DNA of 41,580 nucleotides from assembly GCA_964405125.1 (NCBI GenBank), contig CAYOMT010000002.1, positions 7,905 to 49,484 of the forward strand, given 5' to 3'. How positions within the stretch are numbered: the first letter of the stretch is position 1; the number at the start of each line of letters is the position of its first letter. The stretch is from an uncultured bacterium. Lineage in GTDB: Bacteria > Chlamydiota > Chlamydiia > Chlamydiales > SM23-39. A model generated the notes under the pieces. That model was given only the letters and a program-made list of their open reading frames with translations, ran no database searches and was not told the origin of the DNA. Shown one piece after another: positions 25,201-33,229 of this stretch. The position numbers and the translations under genes were made by a program.

Positions 25201-26367
25201 CTAGATCCTTTTATACGGATTGGATTTGCAGAAAATCGCTTGGCGTCGATTCGTATGTAAGTACCATCCTCGCTTGAGGAGGTATTTAACGACGAGATTC
25301 TCTTTCATCGCTTCTTGATTATTGTAGTTGTCGATCATAATGACAGATTTTTTTGTCAGTTTGTCGTAAGCTGCGATCAATTCGTCGAGAGTTTGTTTGT
25401 CTGCAGAGCTCGGATTGGATTTGAAGAGACTCGAATTATTTAGATATAGAAAATCAATCTGTTTCGGGAAATTGATTAGATAGCAAACGGGATCTTCTAG
25501 AATAAAAGATACATTGTTAGAATAGAGCGCGCATGATTCTTGGATCTGGCTCAATCGCTCTTTGTTGGTATCTATGGAAAATACGCCTGCATGATGATCA
25601 TATGCCCAATGGCTCAAGACGGCTGTAGATCCTTGATTCCCATATTCTTCGGTTCCTGTTTTTACAATTGTTTGCATATTTCTTTCTGACAAAAGTTTCA
25701 AAGCCGCTGCAAGTGTCGTATATTCGAGACCTTCTTTGGAGAGCCTTTCTTGTAAGTAGCCATCTATATTTTCGGGATCTATCCGGGCGACCATAATATT
25801 ATTGGGGTATTCGCCATGGTCCCCTCCGCTCATATAACTAATTTTGTAATCTGGATTGATTTCTTGGATTTTTTCGATGATTTGTTCTTTTGTAATGAAA
25901 TCAAATAAAGCGGTGCCGCAGCAATGCATATCGTCAATCAAAATCGTATGAGTTTTAATGGGATGGGATCTGATTTGCTCGAGTTCTTCGAGGAGGGGTG
26001 TGTTTTTTTCCTCGGAAAAAACCGAAGATCCTGTATGAGCATCCAGCCAAAAAGTAGCGACCTGATCAATCTTGCGCAGGATCTTCTGTAAATCTTGGGC
26101 CGTATCTCCCTGAATGATATGGACATTCGGATAGGTTTGAAAGCGGTGGGAGGCATCTTGAATGCGGATAGGGTCAATATCCATCGAATAGATTTCGGCA
26201 AACAGGCCTGTTTTTAGTATTTTTGCAATGCTATCTCCTTCAAACGTTCCCGTCTCAATGAAGTAATAGTTTGGGAAATAGTTAAATCCTCCCGGACTCA
26301 TATTTGCTAAAGCATTGCGGCTGATAAAGAGGATCAGCAAAGACGCGGTTATGTAGATTTTTTTCAT
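25201..26367 (-). CDS. Two-domain methyltransferase-like protein: N-terminal domain paralogous to 19183..19770, C-terminal class I MT-like domain
   Basis: The track ORF starts at 26406. The ATG at 26367 gives MKKIYITASLLILFISRNALA. The N-terminal half has YFIETGTFEGDSIA, ATFWLDAH, and PLLEELEQIRSHPIKTHTILIDDMHCC. The C-terminal half has IVKTGTEEYGNQGST, VFSIDTN, IDFLYLN, and VIMIDNY. Confidence 0.55.
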   Translation of the reverse strand: MKKIYITASLLILFISRNALANMSPGGFNYFPNYYFIETGTFEGDSIAKILKTGLFAEIYSMDIDPIRIQDASHRFQTYPNVHIIQGDTAQDLQKILRKIDQVATFWLDAHTGSSVFSEEKNTPLLEELEQIRSHPIKTHTILIDDMHCCGTALFDFITKEQIIEKIQEINPDYKISYMSGGDHGEYPNNIMVARIDPENIDGYLQERLSKEGLEYTTLAAALKLLSERNMQTIVKTGTEEYGNQGSTAVLSHWAYDHHAGVFSIDTNKERLSQIQESCALYSNNVSFILEDPVCYLINFPKQIDFLYLNNSSLFKSNPSSADKQTLDELIAAYDKLTKKSVIMIDNYNNQEAMKENLVVKYLLKRGWYLHTNRRQAIFCKSNPYKRI

Positions 26368-26396
26368 TGACCACCGTAACGAAAAAGAAGAGGGGG

Positions 26397-26427
26397 ATCT
26401 TGTCATATGTCGTCTTCTGAAGTCAAT
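26397..26427 (-). promoter_or_regulatory. Conserved promoter/operator-like element (copy 2) upstream of 25201..26367
   Basis: The minus-strand reading is ATTGACTTCAGAAGACGACATATGACAAGAT, with 25 of 31 positions identical to 19054-19084. It ends about 30 nt before the preferred ATG (26367). This supports that start over the ATG at 26406, which lies inside the element. Confidence 0.4.
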
Positions 26428-26518
26428 AATAAATTTGACTTGTGTGTAAAAAAATATCTTGTTTTTTTTGATAGGAAAAGATAGAAATTACCTTTCGTTT
26501 CAATCGGAAGAAGGTTTG

Positions 26519-27523
26519 ATGAAGGTGCTAAAAGATTTTGGCGTTCAATGGCTCGCCAGTCTGTTTTTGATTTTTTATGTTCCTTGCCAGGCTTTGCCTA
26601 CCCAGCAAAATTTCATCACCCATGAGTTCAGCGGGGGAAGATTTGGGGACAATCTTTTAAGTTATCTTCATGCAAAATGGCTTTCCCATCGGTATCAAAT
26701 ACCCATGGTGTATAAGCCGTTTTTGTATTCTTCAGAATTGGTGTTGGATGATGTGGAGCTGCACTATAATCTAGGGAATCTTTGGAAGTACAAAACTATT
26801 TATATCCGAGAAGAATTGGATTTGAATTCTATCAATAGAGATCTTTCTTTGAAAGAAGCTCCGCGTCTATATGTTTGTCCTTATTTCCCCGAGTGTTCTT
26901 GGGAGCGGGCGAATTTAAAAAGCCTCGATGGGGGACAGTGGCATTTCTTTCCGGTAGACTGGAAAAATCCCGAGTTTCGCTCGATTCTGAAAACACTGAT
27001 TGCTCCGAAAGAAAAGGATAAGTATTTTCTGACTCTGCCTCCGCGCGATAAAATCAGTATCGCCATTCATTTTCGCGAAGGGGGAGGGTATGATACGGGG
27101 GACTGGGCTCTCTATAATCTGATGAAGGCCCCTCCGCTTGATTTTTACATTGAAGGACTCTCTCAAGTTGTCAAACTTTTCCCGGATAAGGCTCTTTATT
27201 GCTATCTTTTTACAGATGCGCTGGATCCGGCTCTAGTGGTGAATGCATTGAAACAATCTCTTCCTCCAGAAGCCGATGTGACTTTTGGATGCAGAGAGGT
27301 AGGCAATGCGCATAATAAGAATGTCCTCGATGATTTCTTTTCTTTCTTCGAGTTTGATGTTTTGATTCATCCAAAATCCAATTTTAGCCTGATTCCTTCG
27401 CTGATTCATGATTACGCGGTCACCTATTCTCCTGTTTTTGGAAAACGAGAAGGGAATCAAGTGGTCATTCATGAAGTAAAATTTGAGATTCATGAAGAAT
27501 TATACAAAAGATTAATGGAATGA
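26519..27523 (+). CDS. Fucosyltransferase-superfamily glycosyltransferase, close paralog of 19851..20843
   Basis: The ATG at 26519 gives MKVLKDFGVQWLASLFLIFYVPCQA. Motifs: EFSGGRFGDNLLSYLHAKW, ISIAIHFREGGGYD, and HPKSNFSLIPSLI. Confidence 0.55.
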   Translation: MKVLKDFGVQWLASLFLIFYVPCQALPTQQNFITHEFSGGRFGDNLLSYLHAKWLSHRYQIPMVYKPFLYSSELVLDDVELHYNLGNLWKYKTIYIREELDLNSINRDLSLKEAPRLYVCPYFPECSWERANLKSLDGGQWHFFPVDWKNPEFRSILKTLIAPKEKDKYFLTLPPRDKISIAIHFREGGGYDTGDWALYNLMKAPPLDFYIEGLSQVVKLFPDKALYCYLFTDALDPALVVNALKQSLPPEADVTFGCREVGNAHNKNVLDDFFSFFEFDVLIHPKSNFSLIPSLIHDYAVTYSPVFGKREGNQVVIHEVKFEIHEELYKRLME

Positions 27524-28503
27524 ATAAACTGATTGTTTTTTGTTTTTTATTTTTTGGTCCAGTTTTGGCCCATGCTTATTCGATTGTTTTTATCCACATC
27601 GGTCCATCGATTCCAGATTACTTATCGATTGCTTTGCAGCAAGCTCGGTTGTTCAATAAGGAATGCCCTATTTATGTAATAGGAAATGAAGGGGCGCTGA
27701 AATCTTGCCCTTTTGCCTTGGATGAGACAATTCACTACATTTCTTGCGAGTCTCTTGCCAGAAGTCAAAGCCATGATCAATTTTCAGCCTCCTCCCGCCT
27801 AGATAAAAACGCCTTTAACGGATTTTGGACCTTTACTTCCGAGCGTTTTTTTTATTTGGAAGAATTGGTGCAGAAATATCAGCTCACGGATGTATTTCAT
27901 TTAGAAAATGATATTATGCTTTATGCCGATTTGTCCTCTTTACTCCCTGTCTTTCATAAAGAATATCATCACAAGATCGGGGCTACTTTTGATAGCGATA
28001 CTCGCGGGATTCCCGGTTTTGTCTACATTTCTGATTTAGTTCCTATTTCCCGATTTACGCAATTGATGGCTGAATTGGCTCAATCTGGAAAAAACGACAT
28101 GGAAATGCTCCAAGAATTTAAGAATCGGTATCAAGGTACATATATTGAGCACCTTCCGATTGTGATGCCTCAGTATAGCCAGGATCATGGATTGAGAAAT
28201 GGACTCAATCAAGTAGCTCGGCATCCAGAATTTTTCTTTCAAAATTTTGATGCATTTGGTTCCGTTTTTGATGCAGCGGCCATGGGTCAGTATTTAGGAG
28301 GGATCTCTCCTCGAAATGGCCCGATGATCCCCGGTTTTATCAATGAAACCTGTTTTTTTAATCCTTCTTATTTTGTATTTACATGGGAGATAGATCTCGA
28401 GGGAAGGTGGGTTCCTTTCATCGTCTATAAAAATGTGAAATATCCTGTGAATAATTTGCATATCCATTCTAAAAATCTCCATCCTTTTTTCTCTTGTAGG
28501 TAA
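27520..28503 (+). CDS. Exported putative glycosyltransferase (unassigned family)
   Basis: 327 aa. Leader is MNKLIVFCFLFFGPVLAHA. The pattern IVFIHIGPSIPDYL..CPIYVIGNEG followed by VFHLENDIMLYADL (DxD-like) suggests a GT-A-type fold. ATGA overlap with the previous gene. Confidence 0.3.
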   Translation: MNKLIVFCFLFFGPVLAHAYSIVFIHIGPSIPDYLSIALQQARLFNKECPIYVIGNEGALKSCPFALDETIHYISCESLARSQSHDQFSASSRLDKNAFNGFWTFTSERFFYLEELVQKYQLTDVFHLENDIMLYADLSSLLPVFHKEYHHKIGATFDSDTRGIPGFVYISDLVPISRFTQLMAELAQSGKNDMEMLQEFKNRYQGTYIEHLPIVMPQYSQDHGLRNGLNQVARHPEFFFQNFDAFGSVFDAAAMGQYLGGISPRNGPMIPGFINETCFFNPSYFVFTWEIDLEGRWVPFIVYKNVKYPVNNLHIHSKNLHPFFSCR

Positions 28504-28506
28504 TTT

Positions 28507-29385
28507 ATGTTGCGATCTGTTTTTCTCTTTCTTCTTCCCTTTTTTTTATGGAGCGTTCCCTATTCTCCTTCGCGAGCTCCTTGGCTTCCCTTTGTTTCGG
28601 GGGACGCTTTTCGTTTTTTTTGCGATTATGTGCTGGATGAGGAAGATTCTTCCCTAGATCCTCTTTCCGTGAAACCGGGGAGCGCAATTTTTGTAAAAAC
28701 AGATTATTTGGGATATTTCTTTCTTAAAATCCATCCTCGGATTCGGCATCCCTATGTTCTTGTGACGCACAATAGCGATTATTCGGTTCCCGGAGGTTTT
28801 TTCCCCTTTCTTGAAGAGGACAAGATCCTCGCTTGGTTTGGACAAAATATCGACGACAATACGCATCCTAAAATACATCCGATTCCCATCGGAATTGCGA
28901 ATCGCTATTGGGGGCATGGAAACGGTCAAGCCATTCAAGAAGTCCAAGCCGGCAATATCCCGCGGGAAAATTCCTTGTATCTCAATTTTGCCATCGGCAC
29001 TTTCCCGGAGGAAAGACAGCGGGCCTATTCTCTTTTATCCAAGGCTCCCTTTTCTTACCCTTCTCTTCCTAAGCAGTTTAATGGATATCTTCGAGATCTT
29101 GCTTCCTGTAAATTTGTGGCAAGTCCCCGAGGCAATGGGCTCGATACGCACAGGCTTTGGGAGGCCCTTTATGTGGGATCCTATCCGATTGTGAAAAGTT
29201 CTACTTTGGATCCTCTATATGCAGACCTTCCTGTTGTCATTATTCATGATTGGAGCGAAGTCACGAAGGAATTTTTAGATCAAAAAGAGAAAGAGCTTAA
29301 GGGAAAGACATTTTCCTTGGAGAAGTTATATATGGATTATTGGGTTCATTTGATCGATTCTTATAAGAAAAGAGATCGTATATGA
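28507..29385 (+). CDS. Exported exostosin-like glycosyltransferase, paralog of 11128..12162
   Basis: Leader is MLRSVFLFLLPFFLWSVP. Motifs: HPYVLVTHNSDYSVP and ASPRGNGLDTHRLWEALYVGSYPIVKSSTLDPLYADLPVVIIHDWSEVT. The second block aligns with the C-terminal block of 11128..12162. Confidence 0.45.
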   Translation: MLRSVFLFLLPFFLWSVPYSPSRAPWLPFVSGDAFRFFCDYVLDEEDSSLDPLSVKPGSAIFVKTDYLGYFFLKIHPRIRHPYVLVTHNSDYSVPGGFFPFLEEDKILAWFGQNIDDNTHPKIHPIPIGIANRYWGHGNGQAIQEVQAGNIPRENSLYLNFAIGTFPEERQRAYSLLSKAPFSYPSLPKQFNGYLRDLASCKFVASPRGNGLDTHRLWEALYVGSYPIVKSSTLDPLYADLPVVIIHDWSEVTKEFLDQKEKELKGKTFSLEKLYMDYWVHLIDSYKKRDRI

Positions 29386-30155
29386 CTTGGGTTTCTCGGT
29401 TTGTTTTATCGTTCTTCCTTTTTTCCGGCGCATCTTTGCAAGCGGAGTGGATAAAACCTTCCCACAGAAAGTATCTCCCTAAATTATCCGAAAAGCCTCT
29501 CAAAGATTCTACGCGGATTCTTTATGGAGAAAATTATGCACAGCCTACTTCTTCTTATGAAATGCTGTTGATGGATCACATGCAAGAAAGTTTAAAAAGA
29601 TCCCTTGCGAATAAGTCCAAATTGAATCATGGAAATTTTAATTTCTCTCTAATTCCTTTACACCATTTATTGAATAATTTGTGTTCATTGATCAGCGCAT
29701 CGTATTTACAGAGCGGACTTTTGTCGGGAGAGGCTTTTGTGGGCGCTCTTTATCAAAATACAGGAGCTTTATGTGGGAAACGGGGGGTTGTCTTTGGCTA
29801 TGAAGACATAAGAGAGGATGTTTTCAACCATCGATGTAATTTATACTTAGGCCATCACAACTATCAAGTCGATACCTTGCATACGCAGCCGTTTTGTTTG
29901 GATCCATCTATTGATATTTATTTTTGTGGATTCCTTCATACATCTTATGTTGCCTACAGAGAAAGTTTTTTTAATCTCAATGATGTGTTTTCTTCTGTTT
30001 TTGTGATTGTGATAGATAATTGGGGCTCGGATTTGGTAAGACAAGAAGTTTTTGATATTTTTGATGAATTGAAGTATCAAATTCTCATTGAAGATGATAT
30101 CCCAGCAAGCGATATATTAGGAAATGGACAATATGTGGCTGTGATTAAGAAGTAA
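29382..30155 (+). CDS. Exported hypothetical protein (weak, degenerate class I MT-like pattern)
   Basis: 257 aa. Leader is MTWVSRFVLSFFLFSGASLQA. ATGA overlap with the previous gene. There is no clear GxGxG. IDIYFCGFLH and VFVIVIDNW only loosely resemble MT motifs. Confidence 0.3.
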   Translation: MTWVSRFVLSFFLFSGASLQAEWIKPSHRKYLPKLSEKPLKDSTRILYGENYAQPTSSYEMLLMDHMQESLKRSLANKSKLNHGNFNFSLIPLHHLLNNLCSLISASYLQSGLLSGEAFVGALYQNTGALCGKRGVVFGYEDIREDVFNHRCNLYLGHHNYQVDTLHTQPFCLDPSIDIYFCGFLHTSYVAYRESFFNLNDVFSSVFVIVIDNWGSDLVRQEVFDIFDELKYQILIEDDIPASDILGNGQYVAVIKK

Positions 30156-30172
30156 TTAAGAAAGGAAAGAAT

Positions 30173-30895
30173 ATGTTTAAAAAGTCGTTTTTCTCTATGA
30201 TGATTGTTTTCTCGGCGAATCTTTTTTCTTCCGATTTAGATCGCATTATTCCTCCAGAAATAAAAAATGATGCTTTTTATTCTGCAATTTATCGATTGAG
30301 CCAAAAAGAATCGATTCGAACGATTTTAGAAATTGGTTCGTCGAGCGGAGAGGGGAGTACGGAGGCCTTTGTACAAGGAATCAGCGAGAATCCTTGCCAT
30401 CCGGTTTTATTTTGTATGGAACTCTCAGCGCCTCGTTTTCTTTCTTTGCAAAAGCGTTATCAGAATAACCCTTCCGTTGTTTGTTATCATGTTTCTTCAG
30501 TTCCTGTGGAGGCGTTCCCTTCCAAAGAAGAAGTCGTTCAATTCATGAGAACGGTAGACACTTCTTTGCGCGACTTTAGAGAAGAGACGGTCATTGGCTG
30601 GCTTAACCAAGATATAGATTATGTAAAATCTGCGTCAGTTCCTCATAGAGGGATTGAGTGGATCAAGTCTATGGAGAAGATAGAGCATTTTGATATGGTT
30701 TTAATTGATGGTTCAGAATTTACAGGCCAAGCTGAATTGGAACTTGTTTACGGTGCAAAATTTATTCTTTTGGACGATATAAGAGCGTTTAAGAACTACA
30801 ATAATTTTATGAGACTAATGAATGATCCTCTTTATGAATTAATTGAGATAGATCGGTTTTTGCGAAATGGGTACGCCATCTTTAAAAAGAGATAG
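30173..30895 (+). CDS. Class I SAM-methyltransferase-like protein with a leader
   Basis: Motifs: ILEIGSSSGEGSTEAF (motif I), FDMVLIDGSEFTG, and FILLDDI. Leader is MFKKSFFSMMIVFSANLFS. Last gene of the island. Confidence 0.5.
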   Translation: MFKKSFFSMMIVFSANLFSSDLDRIIPPEIKNDAFYSAIYRLSQKESIRTILEIGSSSGEGSTEAFVQGISENPCHPVLFCMELSAPRFLSLQKRYQNNPSVVCYHVSSVPVEAFPSKEEVVQFMRTVDTSLRDFREETVIGWLNQDIDYVKSASVPHRGIEWIKSMEKIEHFDMVLIDGSEFTGQAELELVYGAKFILLDDIRAFKNYNNFMRLMNDPLYELIEIDRFLRNGYAIFKKR

Positions 30896-30903
30896 GCACG
30901 CAA

Positions 30904-30933
30904 GGGGAGGGATTGCTCCTCCCCCAAATTTTT
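30904..30933. terminator. Bidirectional terminator-like hairpin at the right edge of the island
   Basis: GGGGAGG (30904-30910) pairs with CCTCCCC (30918-30924) around a 7-nt loop, followed by AAATTTTT. It lies between convergent stops at 30893-30895 (+) and 30933-30935 (-). Confidence 0.55.
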
Positions 30934-31814
30934 CAGAAAAAGATGGATTCTCCTGTATCTTTATGAGTCAATACGATGTACTTATTTTCTTTTTTACTTT
31001 TACACGCATATTCCCTGAAACCCTGTAGAATTTCTATGGCAAGACCCTGTCTTGTGATTCCAGCACAGGTTCTATCGACTTCTTGAAAATAAAAATCCTC
31101 GGGATGATCTTTCCATCGATTCATTAACTGATAGGTAGCAGCAATATTTCTTATAAGAGGCGGAGGTTGTTTGGAAGCGGGCGGCCGTCGGGGAGGAGGC
31201 GGTTTTTTCTGGTATTCTTCTAGGAGTTCGTCAAAATCATCTGCCGGCTTTGCTTTTTGTTTTTGTTTTGGAGCAGGTTGTGTTTTGCTGGATTTTACGG
31301 CTATGACTTTTTTATTTTTGGAAGGCTTTTCTGGCGTTGCGGCCGGTTTTTCAATTTCTTCAGGTAAAGTCTTTAGATCTAATTCGATAGATTCTTCTTT
31401 ACAATCTAAAGGTGGCTTTTCAAAAAGATGGAAGCGATCTTTCAGTTCGTTGATTTGTCGATCTAGTTTCTTTTGGGCAGATTTCATCCTCAAATTTTTT
31501 TGTAGTTCTAAAAAAATATAATTCATTTGAGTTGCGATGGTTTTTTTAGCCCGGTTTTGGCTTAAGATTTTTTTCTGCAAACAATTCACCCGGATCATAA
31601 GCCGCTTCATATTGGGTTGGAAGGAGCTTTTTGCGTCTTGCACAGCTTTTTCTAATAAAGCAATCCGATTTTCTTGATCCACTTGTGTCGATTGGATGAT
31701 TCCAATTGTATCTCCCAGGGCTTTCATTCGCATTTCAAGAGATGAAATTTTGGCGGGGATTGTCACTTCGGCGGTATAAGGGCTCCATTGAGACGGTCTT
31801 ACATGATTTGACAT
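30933..31814 (-). CDS. Hypothetical coiled-coil protein with a Lys/Pro-rich low-complexity centre
   Basis: 293 aa with no leader. The N-terminal half has heptad-like character (LEMRMKALGDTIGIIQSTQVDQENRIALLEKAVQDAK...). The centre is KPAATPEKPSKNKK...KQKQKAKPADD...KKPPPPRRPPASKQPPP. I recognise no family. Confidence 0.5.
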   Translation of the reverse strand: MSNHVRPSQWSPYTAEVTIPAKISSLEMRMKALGDTIGIIQSTQVDQENRIALLEKAVQDAKSSFQPNMKRLMIRVNCLQKKILSQNRAKKTIATQMNYIFLELQKNLRMKSAQKKLDRQINELKDRFHLFEKPPLDCKEESIELDLKTLPEEIEKPAATPEKPSKNKKVIAVKSSKTQPAPKQKQKAKPADDFDELLEEYQKKPPPPRRPPASKQPPPLIRNIAATYQLMNRWKDHPEDFYFQEVDRTCAGITRQGLAIEILQGFREYACKSKKENKYIVLTHKDTGESIFF

Positions 31815-31881
31815 AAAAATCCAAAATTAATTATTTGGAAATATTTTGTGTTTTATTCAAAATTTAAGTCAAATATTATTT

Positions 31882-32583
31882 CTAATAAGTTGAAAAATCC
31901 TCATAGATGTATTGGAAAATGGGAGACTCTTTTGCGAGAGTTCCTTGTTTTGCATCGAACGTATCGAGGATTTTTCCTTGATGCAACAAATATGCTTTAT
32001 CCAAGAGAGCTTTTGCGAGATTCATGTCGTGAGTTGACACAATCGGAGTGATGTGCTGGGAGAGCAGTTTCTCGATTGTATTGTAAAATTGCCGGCTTGA
32101 TTGGGGGTCCAAAGCCGATGTAGGCTCGTCGAAGAGAAGAATTGTCGTATCCATGACAAGAGCGCGGACTATCGCAAGTCTTTGTTTTTGACCGCCGGAA
32201 AGTTGACTTGGGTATTTATTCGCGTGGGCTGAAAGATCGAATGTTTGTAAAAGAGAATCGGCTTTTTCTTTGGCTTCTTTGTAGGACCTTCCCAGGATGT
32301 GTCTTTGGGGATGGATGCAGTTTGTAAGCGCCGTCATATGCGGAAATAAGTCCCATGTTTGAGAAACAAAGCCCACTTTCAAATCGCCTTTTAAAAATAA
32401 GAGATTCCCTTTGGAAGGAAGAAGAAGTTTTGCTAAGCATCTCAGCAATGTCGTTTTGCCGGATCCGCTTTTCCCCAGAAATAAGGAACATCTATTTGGC
32501 TCGATCTCTATATTCAGGTCTTGCAAAATGGGGTGCTCCGTTTTGGGGTATTGAACAGTCAGTTGATCGGATTTAATAAGCAT
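31882..32583 (-). CDS. Polar amino-acid ABC transporter ATP-binding protein
   Basis: Walker A GKSGSGKTTLLR, signature LSGGQKQRLAIVRAL, Walker B ILLFDEPTSALD, H-loop VSTHD. The track ORF extends to 32655. I prefer the ATG at 32581-32583 (MLIKSDQLTVQYPK). Confidence 0.9.
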   Translation of the reverse strand: MLIKSDQLTVQYPKTEHPILQDLNIEIEPNRCSLFLGKSGSGKTTLLRCLAKLLLPSKGNLLFLKGDLKVGFVSQTWDLFPHMTALTNCIHPQRHILGRSYKEAKEKADSLLQTFDLSAHANKYPSQLSGGQKQRLAIVRALVMDTTILLFDEPTSALDPQSSRQFYNTIEKLLSQHITPIVSTHDMNLAKALLDKAYLLHQGKILDTFDAKQGTLAKESPIFQYIYEDFSTY

Positions 32584-33229
32584 TGATTTTTCCTTCAACC
32601 CTTTTGAGCACAGTAGAGAGAAGAGATGTAATTGCAAGATAAAATAATGCGGCAATGAGATAGATTTCCATCGGATTCATCTCTCTTGAGACGATGTCTT
32701 TGCTCACCTTGGTGAGCTCGGGAACTCCCACAACCATTAAAATACTGCTCTCTTTGACGAGAACGACGAGTTCATTGGTGAGGGGAGGGAGAATTGTTCT
32801 CAGTGCTTGAGGCAAGATGATAAAAGAAAGCGTTTGGAAGGACGAGTACCCAAGTATTTGAGAAGCTTCCCATTGTCCAACGGGGATGGAATTGACCCCA
32901 GCGCGAACAATTTCGGCAATATAGGCTGTAGAATTCAGGCCTAGGGCGATCACCCCGGCAAGAAAGGGAGAGAAATTCAATCCCGAAACAGCGGGGAGTC
33001 CAAAATAAAGGATGAGGATTTGCACAAAAAGAGGCGTGCCTCTCATCACAGTGACATATGCGGAAATGAGCGGGCCTACGGGAAAAAATCGGATTCTTTC
33101 GCAATTGAGCACTCCCAAAACAATTCCAAAGGAAAGTCCCACGAGAATGGATGCTAAACTGATTTCAAGAGTTAAAACAGATCCTTTAAGCAGGTTCAGC
33201 AGATTGGGAAGATTCATTTTTACATCCAC
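32573..33229 (-). CDS. Polar amino-acid ABC transporter permease (HisM/GlnP family)
   Basis: 218 aa, about 5 TM. The conserved loop is AEIVRAGVNSIPVGQWEASQILGYSSFQTLSFIILPQALRTILPPLTNE. An alternative ATG lies at 33217. Confidence 0.88.
   Translation of the reverse strand: MDVKMNLPNLLNLLKGSVLTLEISLASILVGLSFGIVLGVLNCERIRFFPVGPLISAYVTVMRGTPLFVQILILYFGLPAVSGLNFSPFLAGVIALGLNSTAYIAEIVRAGVNSIPVGQWEASQILGYSSFQTLSFIILPQALRTILPPLTNELVVLVKESSILMVVGVPELTKVSKDIVSREMNPMEIYLIAALFYLAITSLLSTVLKRVEGKINAY

Noticed and set aside
16889-26518. Upstream-extended versions of several track ORFs (16889, 19114, 19767, 23451, 26406, 26459; also 4975, 6520 and 32655 outside the island).
   Set aside because: The extensions overlap the preceding gene or intergenic promoter DNA. 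In each case an internal ATG next to a purine-rich SD-like sequence, or an ATGA junction, produces the same M-(K/R)-hydrophobic leader seen in the paralogs.
28811-29194. 127-aa same-strand alternative-frame ORF inside 28507..29385.
   Set aside because: The main frame carries the conserved exostosin-like block shared with its paralog. The alternative frame has no features.
9030-30895. The island as a prophage, integrative element or anti-phage defence locus.
   Set aside because: I see no integrase, transposase, capsid or terminase, nuclease, helicase or ATPase-type defence domains, and no flanking tRNA. Every assignable protein is a sugar-modifying enzyme.
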